Origin: Chiloscyllium plagiosum
Lineage: Eukaryota
Assembly: GCF_004010195.1 (NCBI RefSeq)
Contig: NC_057718.1
Coordinates: 64,795,548 to 64,859,547 of the forward strand
DNA length: 64,000 nt
Direction: 5' to 3'
A program made the position numbers and the translations under genes. How positions within the stretch are numbered: the stretch's first letter is position 1; the number at the start of each line of letters is the position of its first letter. The notes beneath the pieces were generated by a model. That model saw only the letters and a list, made by a program, of their open reading frames with translations, had not been told where the DNA came from and searched no databases. Below are positions 24,071 to 39,177 of the stretch, piece after piece.

Positions 24071-27054
24071 ATATGTCCAACCTTGTTGATGGATGAGAGT
24101 TGAAAAACTAATTAGGCCAATAAACTCTCTTTACAAAGAAAAGACATGTGTCTTCATTTGTCACTCACCAATTAGTTTTAAATATTTAACACCTTTGACA
24201 GTCTTGGTACTTCACTGAAGTGGCAGTCTAGAAAATGGTAAGAAATTTCTACAGAGGTCATGATGTTTAGTGCCATCAATTTGGCAGGAGAAAGGGTTGC
24301 CCCTATGCCAAAGCGATGTTGACTAATCAGAAGGATCACTATCAAACTTCCAACCCTCATACTTGAGTTTTGAATAGGGACTAAAGCCACAATCTCTGTC
24401 ACGGAACAGCCTCCCTCCTGGCGATAGAGCCTTCACTATGATCTTAGTACATCACAAGATGAGGTCTTGATCTCTAGTTTGTGCTGAGTATTTTATTTCA
24501 GTTAGTATAGTGGCTGCAATAGTATTCAATTAATCTTAACTTCCATTTAGGTAACTGATGGAATATTTCTGCTGGAAAGTAATTGGATCTAATTGTTGCA
24601 CATGACCAAAGTTGAATTCAAAGTGATGCCATTAGAGACAGGAAATCAATGCTAGTTTTGTTAGTGACCTCTACATCCTGTAAATCTGTGACACAACAAA
24701 AATGAAATTAATTATTTCTAATTATGCTTCTCAAGCCAATCTTTCTAATGGGTATTTGGATGCAGTTAATTTCATAATATTTTTGGGGAATGCAAATAAT
24801 AATGAATGTTGTGCTCCAGCTTGGGATGCTGAGAAAACTACAAGAGTAATTAAAAATATTTTAAGCAGAGAAACACTGGCTCTTGTGGAATCCTTGGAAA
24901 CAGGATTTCATTTGTCAAATATATTTGGGGCAATTCCATATAAGGAATATCCTGAAAACATTTTGCCTTTGAACGTTGCATTGATAATTGTTCCTTGTAA
25001 GCTAACATTCACTGACCAAAAAGTACAAGTGAAAGAAATATTTAAGGATTAACTTTGCTATCATGAAACAAATGGAAATCTCCTAGATCAAATGGATTTA
25101 TCCAAGTCATCAAGTATCTGACAGTTTTATGAAACAGACTGCTGAAGTCTAAACAATTGGGAATCCTAAAGGAGATGCATTTTGTAGTGTCTTGTAGAAT
25201 GTCATAATGTCAATAGAGGACAGATGTGCCTTTTTTTTAAGAATTCAAAAGACCATATTTTTACCATAACATTGCAGCTACAAGGTTCACAGCTTAAATC
25301 AAAATGATTTTATGAAACAACAATCAAAGAACATGTATATTCTTAACTATGCTAACTTGAATATCCAACTGCATTAAAAATATTCAGGATACAATGAACA
25401 CAGTTGCTTATTTTCTAAACTGAAATTTTTAACTTAAATTTCCTCCAAAGCCACTTGACTTACAGCCCAAAATTAATGTCAGATAGTTAGCAACTTAGCC
25501 TGAATACTGCTTTGAAGATTTTCTTATAGTTGACATTTCTTTGCATTTCTGCTTACTTTTGGCAAGTTTTTCTCCTTCAGACACCTCCTGGTAGACTCCC
25601 AAATCAGCAACAGGTCCTAATGAGCATCTGAAACAGGTCAGCATCCTCCTGGTAAACAACTCAGGTCAGCATCCTCCTGCTTCTCATATTCTCTTTCTCT
25701 TCTTGACCTGTGCTTTGTTGGCTTAGTTCCCTTTCTCTCTTTTTTTTCTGTTAATTCCTCTTCTTTCAGACCATGGCTTTTTATGATCCAGCCATTCATA
25801 TCTCTTGAGACACTTTCTTTTATTTCAACATTTGCCTCATGACCACTCCCTTTGGATTCCCACCATGAAACCTTTTATCATTTAAACACTCCATGCCTAG
25901 ACATTAATTAAGACAGAGGGGTATCTTCCCTCAGAGGATTCTTCATCTCTACCATAGACAACAGAATATATTGGGGGTGGGGGTGGGGGGTGTAAGTGCT
26001 TGAGAGGATTGAAGATCACAATTAGACCAATCTTGACCATCTGAGTAGCACAGTAGGCTTGAGGAACAGAATGACTTTCTCCTGCTCTTTTTTCTCGTTT
26101 TCCTATGGGTTCATTGACCTTACCTTTTCCTTCCTTCTCAAACTTTCTGTTTCACTTGTTCAAAACCCATTACATTTCTAACTATACCGTGTTCTGCCAA
26201 AAAAGTCATTGAAGTGATTTTACTAATTTTATTTCTCTCTCCACAGATCCTGCCAGGTCAATTGAGTAGTTCAAGTACTTTCAGGTTTTATTTCAGATTT
26301 CTGCTGCACATTCCTTTGGGTAGGTTGGGGTCATTCTCTTTGGATCAGAGGAAATCAGAGTTGTCAAAAATTAGGGGGATATAAAATAAAAAGATCAGGA
26401 AATAATAGAATTAAATAATTGGAGAAAAAGTCAGAGAAGTGTTAAGGAGAAATCTTTGTCTGCAGAGAAGCTGTGGATCAGGAACTCACTGCTTAGAAAG
26501 GGTGGCAGAACCAGAAACCTCCTGTACATTTAAAACATTTACATATGCCTTTAGATATGCTATAATCTGCAGAGCTTGGGCTAAGTCCTAGAGAGTGAAT
26601 TTAGGCTGGCTAGCTCTTTGTGGCTAGCTGAGAATGTTCTCCTGTGTTACAACTTTCTACAATTCTGAATTATAATTGTTCCATTTCTGTGGAAGAGATG
26701 GATTGGCATTCACGAACAATTATTACTCCATTAATATGATTGTTACACTATTAATTATTGGACAACTTTCTACAGTGAACTTAATGAACAATTAATGTAC
26801 AACATCTTGAAAATCGCAGGGGGGTTAAGTTGTTTCATGAAGCTATCAGCTCGAGATCAATGTTGATTGATCAGCAAGTTTCGCCAATACAAAATTCACA
26901 GGATATCTCTTGCTTTCTACACATTCTGCCGAATTTGCACATTAACAATATCGTGCATCATACAAGGTACCTTTTTTTTTCAATAACATTTCCCACAGTA
27001 TTTGAAAAGCATGGCCTACCAATTTATCTGCTGGCCTACATTAGTGACACTCAC

Positions 27055-27172
27055 CTTGGCAGCATCAGAAATTGTGTCCCAGTTTCCTCCACTGAGGGCA
27101 TATTTCCCACTTCCAATGCGTGCTAGGATTTCTTCAGGAGTATCTTCAGGCCCATTCGCAAATGGCGTGAAT
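27055..27172 (-). CDS. RPS6KA2: RSK3 coding exon (subdomain X); not shown in the ORF track
   Basis: 118 nt, tag/gtgag boundaries; the first base completes the split Gly codon (GG|A). (G)[39 protein letters not shown]. Confidence 0.96.
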
Positions 27173-29059
27173 CTAATTGTGAAGGACAAATTTCATTTGA
27201 ACCTTTCGATTTCATTCACATTTTTATTTTATGGACATTGCTTAAAAATCTCAAAGACATTGCCTGGGAAAGATTATTGTCAAGTCCACATTTTTAATAT
27301 GGTTATCTTATAAACAGATGTTACCACAATTTGTATGTCACTGAAAGGGGCTGAAATGTAGCAGATTATTCAGGGGGGAAAACATACACAGTTTGGTTAA
27401 AAACTTGGGTCTACTGTCTTCACTGAGTCAAATATCATAGCAATGTACTCACAACTTTCTAAGAAGCATCATACTCCCAAAACATGCAAAGTCTAACTGA
27501 TATGATTGAGAAGGAATGGGGCTAGAAAGTTAGGATGAAAATGGGGTCTCTATGGAAGGATGGAGAGTTGAAAGGGATACAACTTCAGTGAAAAGATGAG
27601 CCTTTGATGCAGTGCAGTGTCTGGCGAGGTGAATGGTATTCAGTGCCCATGAGTGCAAATAAGCTAGGGTTCTTGAAGGTTTTGGGTGAAAAGGGGGGTT
27701 CCTTGGGCAAGGTAAGCCTAAGGCTTCCTTTTGTCATGAGGTGAGCTTTTTCTCACCCACAGGAAATCTAAGTTCATTTGTTTAAATTTACCTGCTGGGC
27801 ATTTCAAATCACAATCCAGTTCACAGAAACTCTAAAAGGATAAGGAAGCTGGTATTGCTAATTCATGCAGACCTGTGTAGAATTTTATAGATTAGGTGTT
27901 GAACCCTCATTGGATCCAGTCCACAGATTTGAAGAGAAGCATGCAAACTTCTTACTTCCATCCTACTCTTATCGAAAGAACAAGTTAAAATTGGAGCACA
28001 GAAGAAAAGCAGCAGAGTTTGAGGAGAAAGTGAGGGGCTTCATTTTACCTGAACCCTTTCTTAGTTTCCCTGAAACTAAATTTAAAACCAGTCCATTGAG
28101 ACACAAATCAAATAGAAAACTGAACTTTTCTGGAAACATGAATCTATTTCCACGTGTTTTCAATCAAAAGCATTCTTAATCCCTGTGTACAGAGGAAAGG
28201 TAGAGACGCGTGGCATTTTGCCTCATTTTCCTTTTTGTGCTGGATGCTCACTTGCAAGGATTGTGCCTGGATCAGACATGATTACACAACAGGGTGGTGT
28301 CAGTATGCCTTCTAATGTCATTTCACTGGGTCACCTCTGTCTTCTTCATTTGTCATTTTCAAATCTCTGCTAATTTTTGGAAATGCATGCTTCACAATCG
28401 TGTGATTTGTCTGCTGAACTATTTCTCCCTTGTTTCTTCTCCATAAGATACCAATTCACGCAGAGATATTATTCAAGATCCAAGTCTCCAAATGAATGGA
28501 CTGCTGAACCTTCCAACTCTCTTTTGTGGTACTATCTCAGAGGATGATGAACATCTTGCTCAAAAGCTAAGCAGTAAACTAGGTAAAAAGCCTCGTGTGC
28601 TGTTACACTCTCTCTCCTTGTAAGCTACCTCTCATTTCAACCTTAAGATCAGGTTTCTACCAGACCCATTTAAGATATAAAAAGTTCTAAAATACTGGAA
28701 GCAATACGCAGTTTAAGACAACTCAACGGATTTAAAAACTTGTGTCAGCTGTTGAGCACTCATTTGTCCTTTAAGTAGTCGAACAGAGATTTAGTTTAAG
28801 TGTTAGTTTTAGTGAGATAGCAGTCAGGACATGAAGATAGGCTGAGGGGCTCGTAGAAATTAAGAGGACACAATGAATGGAGAGGGGAGAAAGATCTTTG
28901 AGTAGCTCAGGGGATGGGGAGCATCAGTAGGGATGGGACAGATGAAGTATTGAATAAAACTGGGTGGGGGTTAATGGTGGGTTGACTAAACTGCAGATTT
29001 TCATGGAAACATGAGGTAGAAATGCCAAGGGTTTTATACATTTCAATTTGATTATATGA

Positions 29060-31250
29060 TAACGTTGTATTCTGTCTGCTACTTCTTTGTCCAATCACCT
29101 AACCTATCCAAATCTTTCTGCAGCCTCCCTGCCTCCTCAATGCTACCTGCCTCTCCACCTATCTTTGTATTGACTGTAAACTTAGCCAGAATGCCCTCAG
29201 TTCCTTAATCTAGGTCATTAAAGTATAAAGTGAAAAGTTGTGGTCCCAACACTGACCCCTGTGGAACACCACTGGTCACTGGCTTCCATCCATTCCCTAC
29301 TCTCTGCTTTCTGCCAGACAGCTAATCTTTTATCCATGCTCGCACCTTATCTCTAACACCACGGGCCCTTATCTTATTCAGCAGCCTCCTGTGCGGCACC
29401 AACTTACTTGTTATCTCCTCAAAGAATTCTAACAGATTTGTTAGGCATGACCTCCTCTTGATGAAACCATGCTGAATTTGCCTAATTTTACCATGCACTT
29501 CCAAGTACTAAGGAATCTCATCCTTCACAACGGACTCCAAAATATTAGTAACGACTGAGGTCAGGCTAACCAGCATATAATTTCCTGTCTTTTGCCTTCC
29601 TCTCTTCTTAAACAAGAGCATTACATTAGCGATTTTTCAGTCCTCTGGAACTTCCCGACTCCAGTAATACATGAAAGATCACCTACTAAAGCCTCCATTC
29701 CCTCTTCAGCAATCTCCTTCAGAACTGTGGGATTTAGCCTATCTGGTTTGAGTGATTTATCCACTTTCAGACCTTTCAGTGTTTCCAGCACCTTCTCCTT
29801 GGTCATGGCCACCATACTCATCCCTCCCCCATGACTCTTTTGAATTTTTGGGATATTACTCATGTCTTCCACTGAGAAGACTGACACAAAATACCTATTC
29901 TGTTCCTCAGCAGTTTCTTTGTTCCCCATTACTACATCTCCAGCATCATTTTCCAGCAGCTCAACGTCTACCTTTGCCTCTCTTTTGCCCTTTATATATC
30001 TAAAAAAAACTTTTGCAATCTTTCCTAATATTATTGTCTTGCTTCTTGTCATAGTTAATCTTCACCCTCTTTATTCCTTTCTTCATTGTCCTCTGTTGGT
30101 CTTTGTAGGCTTCCCAATCCCCTGGCTTCCCACTGCCCTTCGCCACATTATATGTTTTCTCTTTTGCTTTTATGCAGTCCCTGACTTCCCTGGTCAGCCA
30201 TGGTTGCCTCATCCTCCCTGTGCCATGCTTCATTTTCCTTGGGATGAATTTTTACTGTATGTCTCAAATTATTCCCAAAAACTACTGCCATTGCTGTTCC
30301 AGTCTTTCCTCCTAGGTTCCTCTCTCAGTCAATTCTGGTCAGCTCCTCCCTCATGCTTCTGTCATTGCCTTTGTTCAACTGTAATACCATTACATCTGAT
30401 TCCACTTTCTCCCCTTCAAATTGCAGAGTAAACTCTATCATATTATGGTCACTGCCTCCTATGGGCTCCTTCACCTTAAGCTCCCTTATCAAGTCTGCCT
30501 CATTGCCTCATTGTCAGTTCCTTAGTGGGCTCCACCACAAGCTGCTCCAAAAAGCCACCTCATAGACATTCCACAAATTCCTTTTCTTGCAATCCACTAG
30601 TAACCTGTTTTTCAGAGTCCACCTGCATATTGAAATTCCCCACAATCACTGTAACCATGCCTTTCTTGCACGTATTTTCTATCTCTTGGTGTATCTTATG
30701 CCCCAAATCCTGACCTCTGTTTGGAGGCTTGTAGATAACTCCAATTTAAAAACCAAAAAAGATTTTTTTTTTTTTTACCTTTTGTGGTTCCTCAACTCTA
30801 CCCACACAGATTCTACTTCATCTGACCCTACTTTGTTTATTGCTATTGATTTAATTTCACTTTTTAACAAGGCAACCCCACCCCTTCTGCCCATCTGACT
30901 GTCTTTTCAATAGGTTTTATATCCTTGGATATTTAGCTCCCAATCTGATCCCCTGCAGCCACATCTCTGTGATGCCCACAACATCATACCTGCCAACCTT
31001 GATCTGCACCACAAGCTCATTTACCTAATTTTGTATACTGCGTGCATTCAGATACAACACTTTCAGTCCTGTGTGGACCATCCCTTTTCTCATTGCCATT
31101 CATTTATCCAGCGTCGTTGAAGTTTGATTCCTAACCCTTTCCAAACACTCTGTGTTATTTTGTGTGCTGGGGACTTTAATAACTTCTCCTGAGTTCTCCC
31201 TTCTTTTCATATTTTTCAATGCAGTTGAATCCACTGCCACAGATGTTAAC
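29060..31250 (-). mobile_element. CR1 LINE ORF2 fragment (endonuclease to RT)
   Basis: QHGFIKRRSCLTNLLEFFEEIT; RYFVSVFSVED...LKVDKSLKPDRLNPTVLKEIAEE; QPWLTREVR. Confidence 0.92.
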
Positions 31251-31782
31251 CTGCTGCTTTGCTTCACATTGGTCATTCTACTTCTTGGAGTTTTACCCTT
31301 CCTTTCACCCTGTACTCATCATGTACTTACCACCCTTCACTTAATGTATCTCAGGGCTTTGTGAGGAGCTGACAGGATGCGGTTCCAGTGATTCTGGTAT
31401 GTACATGTCTCAACTGCAGTTAAGAGGAGCAAATAAAGACTTATGGCACAAAGAAGGCCACTCAGCCAATCACGTTCTAGACAGCCAAAATGAGCCTTTA
31501 ACATTGGCCTATACAGATCTTTTCCCAGATTTCATCTAAATCTAATGGAATTGTGATCATTCCCACTGAAATACTCTCTTCCTGATATTCCTTCAAACTC
31601 TCCAGATTTGTTCCTTAAAACCAAGTCCCGAGTTGTTTCTTTTGTTGGGCTTGTTATATTGTGTTAAAAAGATTTTCTTGAATGAATTTTAAGATTTCTG
31701 CATCTTTTTACGTGAAGTTATCTCAGTTAATATTAGGACAGTTGAAGCCCTTTATCTATCCTTATGTTTCTGTCTTTTTTTT

Positions 31783-32172
31783 AAGAATTAGAATTAGAAT
31801 AAGAATCCTGACAAAGGATAAGACATACAATTAGAATCCTGACAGTGTGGAAATAGGTACTTCAGCCCAACAAGTCCACACCGACCTTCTGAAGAGTAAC
31901 TCACCCAGACCCATCCCCCTACCCTATATATACCCCCCAACTTATACTGCCATGAACACCATGGGCAAATTAGCATGGCCAACTCACCTAACATGTTTGG
32001 ATTGTGGGAGGAAACGAGAGCACCCAGAGGAAACCCACACAGAGACAGGAAGAACATGCAAACCCCACACAGTTGATTACCCAAGGCTGGAATCGAACCC
32101 GGGCTGGAATCAAACCCGGGTCCCTGGTGCTGTGAGGCAGCAGTGGTAACCACTGAGCCACTGTGCTGCCCC
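31783..32172 (-). mobile_element. HE1-type SINE with (TTCTAA)n tail
   Basis: Minus strand gtggctcagtggttaccactgctgcctcacagcaccagggacccgggtttgattcc; duplicated B-box segment; hexamer tail repeats at about 31783-31806. Confidence 0.88.
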
Positions 32173-32187
32173 TGTTTTCAGGAGGTT

Positions 32188-33020
32188 AGGAACATAGGAA
32201 TAGGAGTAGGCCATTTGCCCCTCAAGCCTCTTGCATCATTCAATGAGATTGTGGCTGATATGTGACCAAACTCCATATATCTGCCTTTGGCCCATATCCC
32301 TTAATAACTTTACTTAACAAAATTTATCTTGCATTAGAAATTAACAACTGATTCAGCATCCACCAAAGCTCTAGAAGAGTTGCCAAATATCTACCAACCT
32401 ATGTGTGTAGAAGTGCTTCCTAATATCTGTCCTGAATGGTCTGACACTAATTCTCAGACAATATCCCCTAGTTGTAGAATCCCCAACCATTGGAAATAGT
32501 TTACCTTTATTTATCCTGTTTTTCCTGATAATATATTGAAGACTTTGGTCAGATCACCCCTAAGTTCTCGAGAAAACAGACCTAATTTGTGTAAACTCTC
32601 ATCACAACTTAACCCATCATTTTTGTCAACCTATGCTACACTCCCTCCAAGGCTAATATATTCTTCTTAAGGTGTGGTGCCCCGATCTGCTCACGGTATT
32701 TCAAGTGGGGTCTAACCGGGGGGGGGGGGGGGGGGGTAACGAGGGGCAGGTTTGTATAATTGTAGCATAATGTCTGCATGCTTGTACTCCACTCTTCTAG
32801 ATATAAAGGCTAGCATTCCATTAGTTTTCTTGATTATTTCCTGCACCTGTTTATGACATATTAAAAAATCTATGCACCTGAACCCCCAAGTTCATACCAT
32901 CTAGAAAGATCCCCAATGAATAACCTCACATTTGCCTACATTGAGTTCCATCTGGCACAGTTTTGCTAATTCACTTAGCCTATCAATTTCCTTTTGTAAT
33001 TTTATGCCATCATGTACACT
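32188..33020 (-). mobile_element. Older CR1 LINE 3' portion
   Basis: aggaacataggaataggagtaggccatt tail and ggtgtggtgccccgatctgctcacggtatttcaagtgggg (reverse of PHLEYxxQxWAPHL); contains a poly-G run near 32718-32737. Confidence 0.78.
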
Positions 33021-33296
33021 GTCTATCTTCACATTTTGGTTATCTTCACATTTATTCTTCTATCTCCATGACTATTTGTGTGTCAATAAGTTACACTCAG
33101 CAATTTGAGTGGCCTACTTTTGTTCCTCAGTTTAATTGGCATGGCCATATGGCACTGTGCTAAGATTTGAGCACTCCATCACAGCAGAACAGTAAACTTT
33201 GGGGTGATGTGGGACAGAAAAAGAAATTCATGTTATTTGTTTCATTGCCAAGTAGCTGCTCACACATTCCATGGATGAAAATATTTGCTGGCTTAC

Positions 33297-33373
33297 CCTG
33301 CTAGCATAGTGTAGAGTAGAATCCCCAAGCTCCACATGTCACAAGCTGCATCGTATCCTTGCCTCTTGAGCAC
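33297..33373 (-). CDS. RPS6KA2: RSK3 coding exon (subdomain IX); not shown in the ORF track
   Basis: 77 nt, tag/gtaag boundaries, ends in phase 2. VLKRQGYDAACDMWSLGILLYTMLA(G). Confidence 0.96.
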
Positions 33374-33484
33374 CTACAACAGAAATGTGACAAAGGTATT
33401 ACTCAGCTTCAGGCTCTACAATGGCTTAGACATGAAGTCTATTTTACCATTAAGTTGGTCAAATTGTTGGGAAAACCATAATAA

Positions 33485-33826
33485 GGGCAGCATGGTGGCT
33501 CAGTATTTGGCAGTACTGCCTCACAGTGCCAGAGACTTGGGTTGGATTCCAGCCTTGAGACACTGTCTGTGTGGAGTCTACATGTTCTCCCTATATCTGT
33601 GTGGGTTTTTGGCAGTTTGGTTTCCTCACACAAGATGTCCAGGTTAAGTGGATTAACCTTGTTAAATTATCTGTGGTGTCTTACTTGGTGTGCATACTTG
33701 GTGGATTAGCCATGGGAAAATTTGGGGATAGGATAGGGGGCTGGGTTTAGATGGGCTGCTCTTTGGAGGGTCGATACAGTATCAATGGGCCATATGGCCT
33801 CTTTTTGCACTATAGGGAATCTATGA
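33485..33826 (+). mobile_element. HE1-type SINE
   Basis: tggtggctcagta A-box, ggttggattcc B-box, ctgtctgtgtggagtct core. Confidence 0.82.
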
Positions 33827-33999
33827 TTTGTCATCAGTAGGCATTAAAGAAATTTTCCCTTCCCTCACCCCTTGCTCACATGACAGGTAGGAGAGGACTG
33901 GATGGAGAGGAAGGAGACTAAAACTATCAAATATTTGTAATGCCAATCCCAGTTGCTAAAGCTGTGTCAACTTACAATTTAATGTGACACGTTTTGGTA

Positions 34000-34240
34000 T
34001 AAAGTTAAAAATGACACAACAGGTATAGTCCAACAGGTTTTTTGGAAGTGCTAGCTTTTGGAGTACAGCTCCTTCATCCAGTAGCTGTGGAGCAGGATCA
34101 TAAGACACAGAATTTATCGCAAAATATCATGCATGCAACTGATACCATATATTGAACAAATGTAGATTTCTGTTAAGTCTTTCATCTTTTAGAATTGATT
34201 GCAGGTTTCGGTTCATTGATATGTAAATCCCACAACTTCT
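34000..34240 (-). mobile_element. Penelope-like terminal-repeat fragment of a different family
   Basis: Minus strand ctggatgaaggagctgtactccaaaagctagcac (decayed hammerhead with GGAG/CTCC stem and AGCT palindrome) followed by cctgttggactatacctg. Confidence 0.55.
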
Positions 34241-34515
34241 TTGCTCACAAATACTGTGAAGTATTTATAATGGAGAACTCTAATAGTCCATTAAACATGA
34301 AAACATCACTGAACTCTCAGCATTTCTTGGAGGAACATACAGCTACCCACCCCTCTCTACCCTACCAGAATCACATCTCCCTGCTCCTACCAACCCTATT
34401 CTTACCAACCCTGCACAAAATACTGAGTTTATATATTCATGTTCATTTTATGGAAAGGCTTTTTAATTAACAGTTTGTGAGAAATTTATGATAATATCTT
34501 TTGATCTCTGACAGA

Positions 34516-34830
34516 ATGGCACAGTGGCTGAGTGGTTAGCACTGCTGCCTCACAGCACTAAGGACCCAGGTTCAATTCCACCAATTTGTACATTCTCCTG
34601 TGACTGTGTTGGTTTCCTCTGGGTGCTTTGATTTCCTCCCACAGTGCAAAGATGTTTAGGTGGATTGGTCATATTAAATTGCCCACAGTATTGAGGGATG
34701 TGCAGGTTAGGTGGATTGGCCATGGGAAATGCAGGGTTACAGGGTGGGTGGATCTGGATGGGATGCTTTTTGAATGTTTGGTGCGGACTTGATGGATCAA
34801 ATGGCCTGCTTCCACACAAGGATTCGATGA
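34516..34830 (+). mobile_element. HE1-type SINE
   Basis: tggcacagtggctgagtggttagcactgctgcctcacagc head and ggttcaattcc B-box. Confidence 0.85.
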
Positions 34831-36223
34831 CTACCATTTCAAGCCCTATTGTATCATGCATCATATTTGTCTTGAAATCTCTTAAGAGGTGATTAGTAAT
34901 GCAGAGGACTTAAGTAAAGTGTCTAAATGAATGATTTTAAACAGAATAATACAATGCTCCCCGATGACACAGTTGGCAACTGCACTGTATGGTACTGAGC
35001 TTGATCACATAGGAATTATCCAGTCACCCTGTGCTCATATCCGTTTTGAGACAACAGAAGGTATTATTTATGAAAATAGTTGGTGAACCTTGCTACAAAT
35101 TTGAAGTAGCTTTTAGATGTCCTTCTCTGGTATAGCATCAGCAGTCTTTCCTGTAAACAAACACATATCCCTGATGATAAAGGTAATTCCTGTTACCTAT
35201 TATTCATCCACGATGGCAAAACCTAAGCCTGCATAACAATGAGGCAACTTTCATATGAACAGAATGTGTTGATTTCCCTTTTGCAATCTTCTGAAAGGTA
35301 GATTGCAATTTGATCCAAATTGTTGAACTGTTTATGTTTCAGTTAAATAAATGAGGAATTATGCTTCACTAACCATGTAAGTGTGCTGAAGTATATGTAT
35401 TTTGCTGAAAGTCTTTTTTTCTCTGAAACCTTGGGCATTGTGAATGCTCTTTGGAAGCAGTAAAATAAGGTGACGCATTCCTTGTTGTTAGTAACCTTTG
35501 TGAATTCCCATTTCAGTGACTTTATTCTTTATTGTAAAATATACTTTATTTATAAATTATCTATAAGTAAATACAATAGATCCCAAACAGTTCACTCCAG
35601 ACTTTACAGAAAATAGAGAGGAATTTTGAAATTCCTCATTGGAGCTTCAATCTAGTTGCAACAAAAAGGCATTTTCTAAACATGAAAGGAAACTATTAAC
35701 ATTCCCATGAAGGTTACAAAGGTATTTTGAGTAAACTCATCGATATACCTTTATTCTAAAAGTACAGCAGATGCCTGAAACAACTGACTTTATTTCATTA
35801 GCTTTAAATAGTAACATACGACATGTATCTAAATGCTTTCCAAAGAAAATGCTTCAAAATCCCAAAATACAATGCAGTGAATATAGATTGGCACCTTTGT
35901 GTTTAAAATATCTAAAAGGCAATTATTTTTGTTTTTCAATCATGCTATGGATTATCTATTTTTGTAAGCATAAAAATGTTGCAAACTAGACTCATTATCC
36001 TGGGTACTTGCCCAAAAGTGCAAGGAGCTAACTCCCACAGATTAATAAGTAATGTGTTCCAGACAGAAAAAAAACTGATGGTGCTGTTTATGCAAATAAT
36101 ACCTTAGTAGGATTAAAAACATTATTATTGTTCTGATCAATCCACTTCAATACATCAATATATTCAAGAATATATTGGAAATATTAACACCACCTGACAA
36201 AATGGCATTGGAAACAAGCATCA

Positions 36224-36454
<231 letters not shown>

Positions 36455-37224
36455 CTACAGGAATTAGAAAGCAGCACTGAATCATCAACTATAAATCACA
36501 AATGATCCATCTGCACCCGGTGAGTTTGTGATGACTGCTGCCAGTGAGTTTCTTGTTTGCTGGGATTGCTGGATTCTCCAATGATGTTTAATGCTGGGTA
36601 TTCCAGTGCAGAGTCTGCGGCCAATAATTTATACCTTCAGTGGGCAATAATCCAGCAGTATAGGTTGTCTGCCTCATATGGAAACTTCCCAGGCAGTGAA
36701 AATGACAATTACTCTCTCCATGCTATCATCAAGCTCTTTCAAGAGAAGTGATCTATCACTATTTGTTTAAAATAATGTACAGAAGAATTTTCTATCAATT
36801 CATTAACCAGAAAATAACACACTGAAGAAATTCAGTTGCAAAGGAAATTCTACCCACATACTTATTATGGTACTTATCAGGATAAAGGATGTCAATTCCA
36901 GAGAGCCAAATACTTTTCATTTTTAGCACCACGTATCAGCATCAAGTAGGCCCAGGTCAAGTACTGCAGAGTATGAGTAAGATAACAGAATGAATTAGAC
37001 ATAGAATGATTTCTCGCCTGGCTTACTCCTCAACTAACACTGAAGTAACACTGATATAGCACTGTGAAATTTTCAGTATTCACCATAGTGCATTCCTGAC
37101 TACTTCTGGCTGAATGTGGATTGAAATTGCCCATATTCATTTCAGACAGGAGCTTTGCAGGCATCTGGAGAGCACAGAATGAATGGAAAGATGCTTAACA
37201 GTTTCTAAACTAAGCCAAGGGAGA

Positions 37225-37512
37225 AAAAAAATCTTTCATTTATATAACACCCTTCACAATTTTAGGATATCACAAATCACTTTGTAGTGAATGTAGTCAC
37301 TGCTGTAATTGAGGAAAGTCAACAATGAATTTTACACTCAGCAAATTCCCAAAGACTCTATGGTAATGACCAGACATGGCAGATGAGAGTTAAATGACAG
37401 AATGGTACTCCATTGTGCTGAAATGCCAGTTTAGATTTTGTGTTCAACTCTCTGGAATGAAACTTAATTTCATACCATATGGCTCACAGGCAAGTGCTGA
37501 CACTGAGCTACA
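37225..37512 (-). mobile_element. Old tRNA-derived SINE with L2-like tail (SacSINE1/DeuSINE-like, tentative)
   Basis: tttcatttatataacacccttcac tail and tgtagtcactgctgtaat body; tagctcagtgtcagcactt head on the minus strand. Family name is recalled, not searched. Confidence 0.45.
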
Positions 37513-39069
37513 GGAGAGAGCATAAACCCATAACATCTGGTTGCTTGAAATATGTTGCATGTTGAAAGGAACTTTAATGGCCATGGGGTTTTTAACAGGA
37601 CCCAATGGCTTCAGTTAATTTCTCAAATGCCTGCAGCAGGATGAGAGCAAGAGAATTTTAATCACCAAACTTTCATTAGCATTCTGAGCAGGAAGCCTTG
37701 GGAAAACACATATGGCACCTACTGGCTACGGGTTAAGGGATCAGAAGTGGCTCCAGGGACTGTTGAACTGGAAAGCGATGGTACAGGAAGGCCAGGAGGA
37801 ATCTGGGCAAGAGGCAGTTTAAACAATCCACAGTCCTCTCTTCAAAAAGACAGCAAGATCATGTAGGAGGGCCTCTACAGTTTCCTGGTTTCCTTCATGT
37901 TAGCCTAAACCTGACAAGAAAAAGGAGGGCCTCAGGGCAAAGTTAACATCCCTATTAGGGCTTGGTTACTTAATTGGACCTCAATTCATTTATGTGGATT
38001 AAGATTATGTTGGCTATTGTCACATAGATATACAACATGTAAACAGACTCTTCTGTCCAACTCATGCTGACCAGATATCCTAAATTAATCTAGTTCCACT
38101 TGCCAGCATTTAGCCCATATCCCTCTAAACCCTTCCTTTTCATGTACCCATCCAGATGCCTTTTAAATTCCATACACACACCACCCTCTGCATGAAAATC
38201 TTTCTCCTCTAACCTTAAACCCATGCCCTCTAGTTTTGGACTTTGCTACCCTGGAGAAAAGACCTCGGCTATTCACCCTATCTATGCGTATCATGATTTT
38301 ATGAACCTCTGTAAGTTCACCCCTCAGCCTCCAACATTCCAGGGAAAATAACCCCAAACTATTCAGCCTCTCTCTATAGCACAAATCATCCAAACCTGGC
38401 AACATCCTTGTAAATCTTTGCTGAACTCTTTCAAGTTTCACAACATCTTTCCTATAGCAGGGGGACCAGAACTGAATGCAGTATTCCAAAAGTGACCTAA
38501 CCAATTTCCTGTACAGCCTCAATATGACCTCACAACACCTATACTTAATGTCCTAATCAATAAAGGAAAGCATACCAAATTTCTTCTTCACTATCCTGTC
38601 TACCTGAGACTCCACTTTCAAGGATCTATGAACCTGCTCTCCAAAGTCTCTTTGTTCAGTAACACTCCCCAGGACCTTACCACTAAGTGTATAATCCCTA
38701 CCCTGATTTGCCTTTCCAAAATGCAACACTTCACATTTATCAAAATTAAACACTAACTGCCACTCCTCGGCCCATCAGATCAAGGTCCTGTTGTTCTCTG
38801 AGATAATCTTCTTGGTTGTCCACTATACCAACAATTTTGGTATCATCTGTAAACTTATTAACCATTACTCCAATGTTCACATCCAAGTAATTTATATAAA
38901 TGTCAAAAAGCAGCGGACCCAGCACCAATCCTTGTGGCACACTGCTGGTCACAGGCCACCAGTCTGAAAAGCAAACTCCACCACCACCCTTTATCTTCTA
39001 CCTTCAAGCCAGTTCTGTAACCAAATGACTAGTTTTCCCTGTATTCCATGTGATCTAACTTTGCTAATC

Positions 39070-39177
39070 TGGAGAAAGTGAGGACTGCAGATGCTGGAGA
39101 TCAGAGTTGAGAATGTGGTGCTGGAAAAGCACAGCAGGTCAGGCAGCATCTGAGGAGCAGGAGAATCGACGTTTCTG
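39070..39177 (-). mobile_element. PLE terminal-repeat fragment inserted in CR1
   Basis: ggagaaagtgaggactgcagatgctggagatcagagttgagaatgtggtgctggaaaagcacagcagg...gaatcgacgtttc; ends at the hammerhead GAAACGTC. Confidence 0.8.
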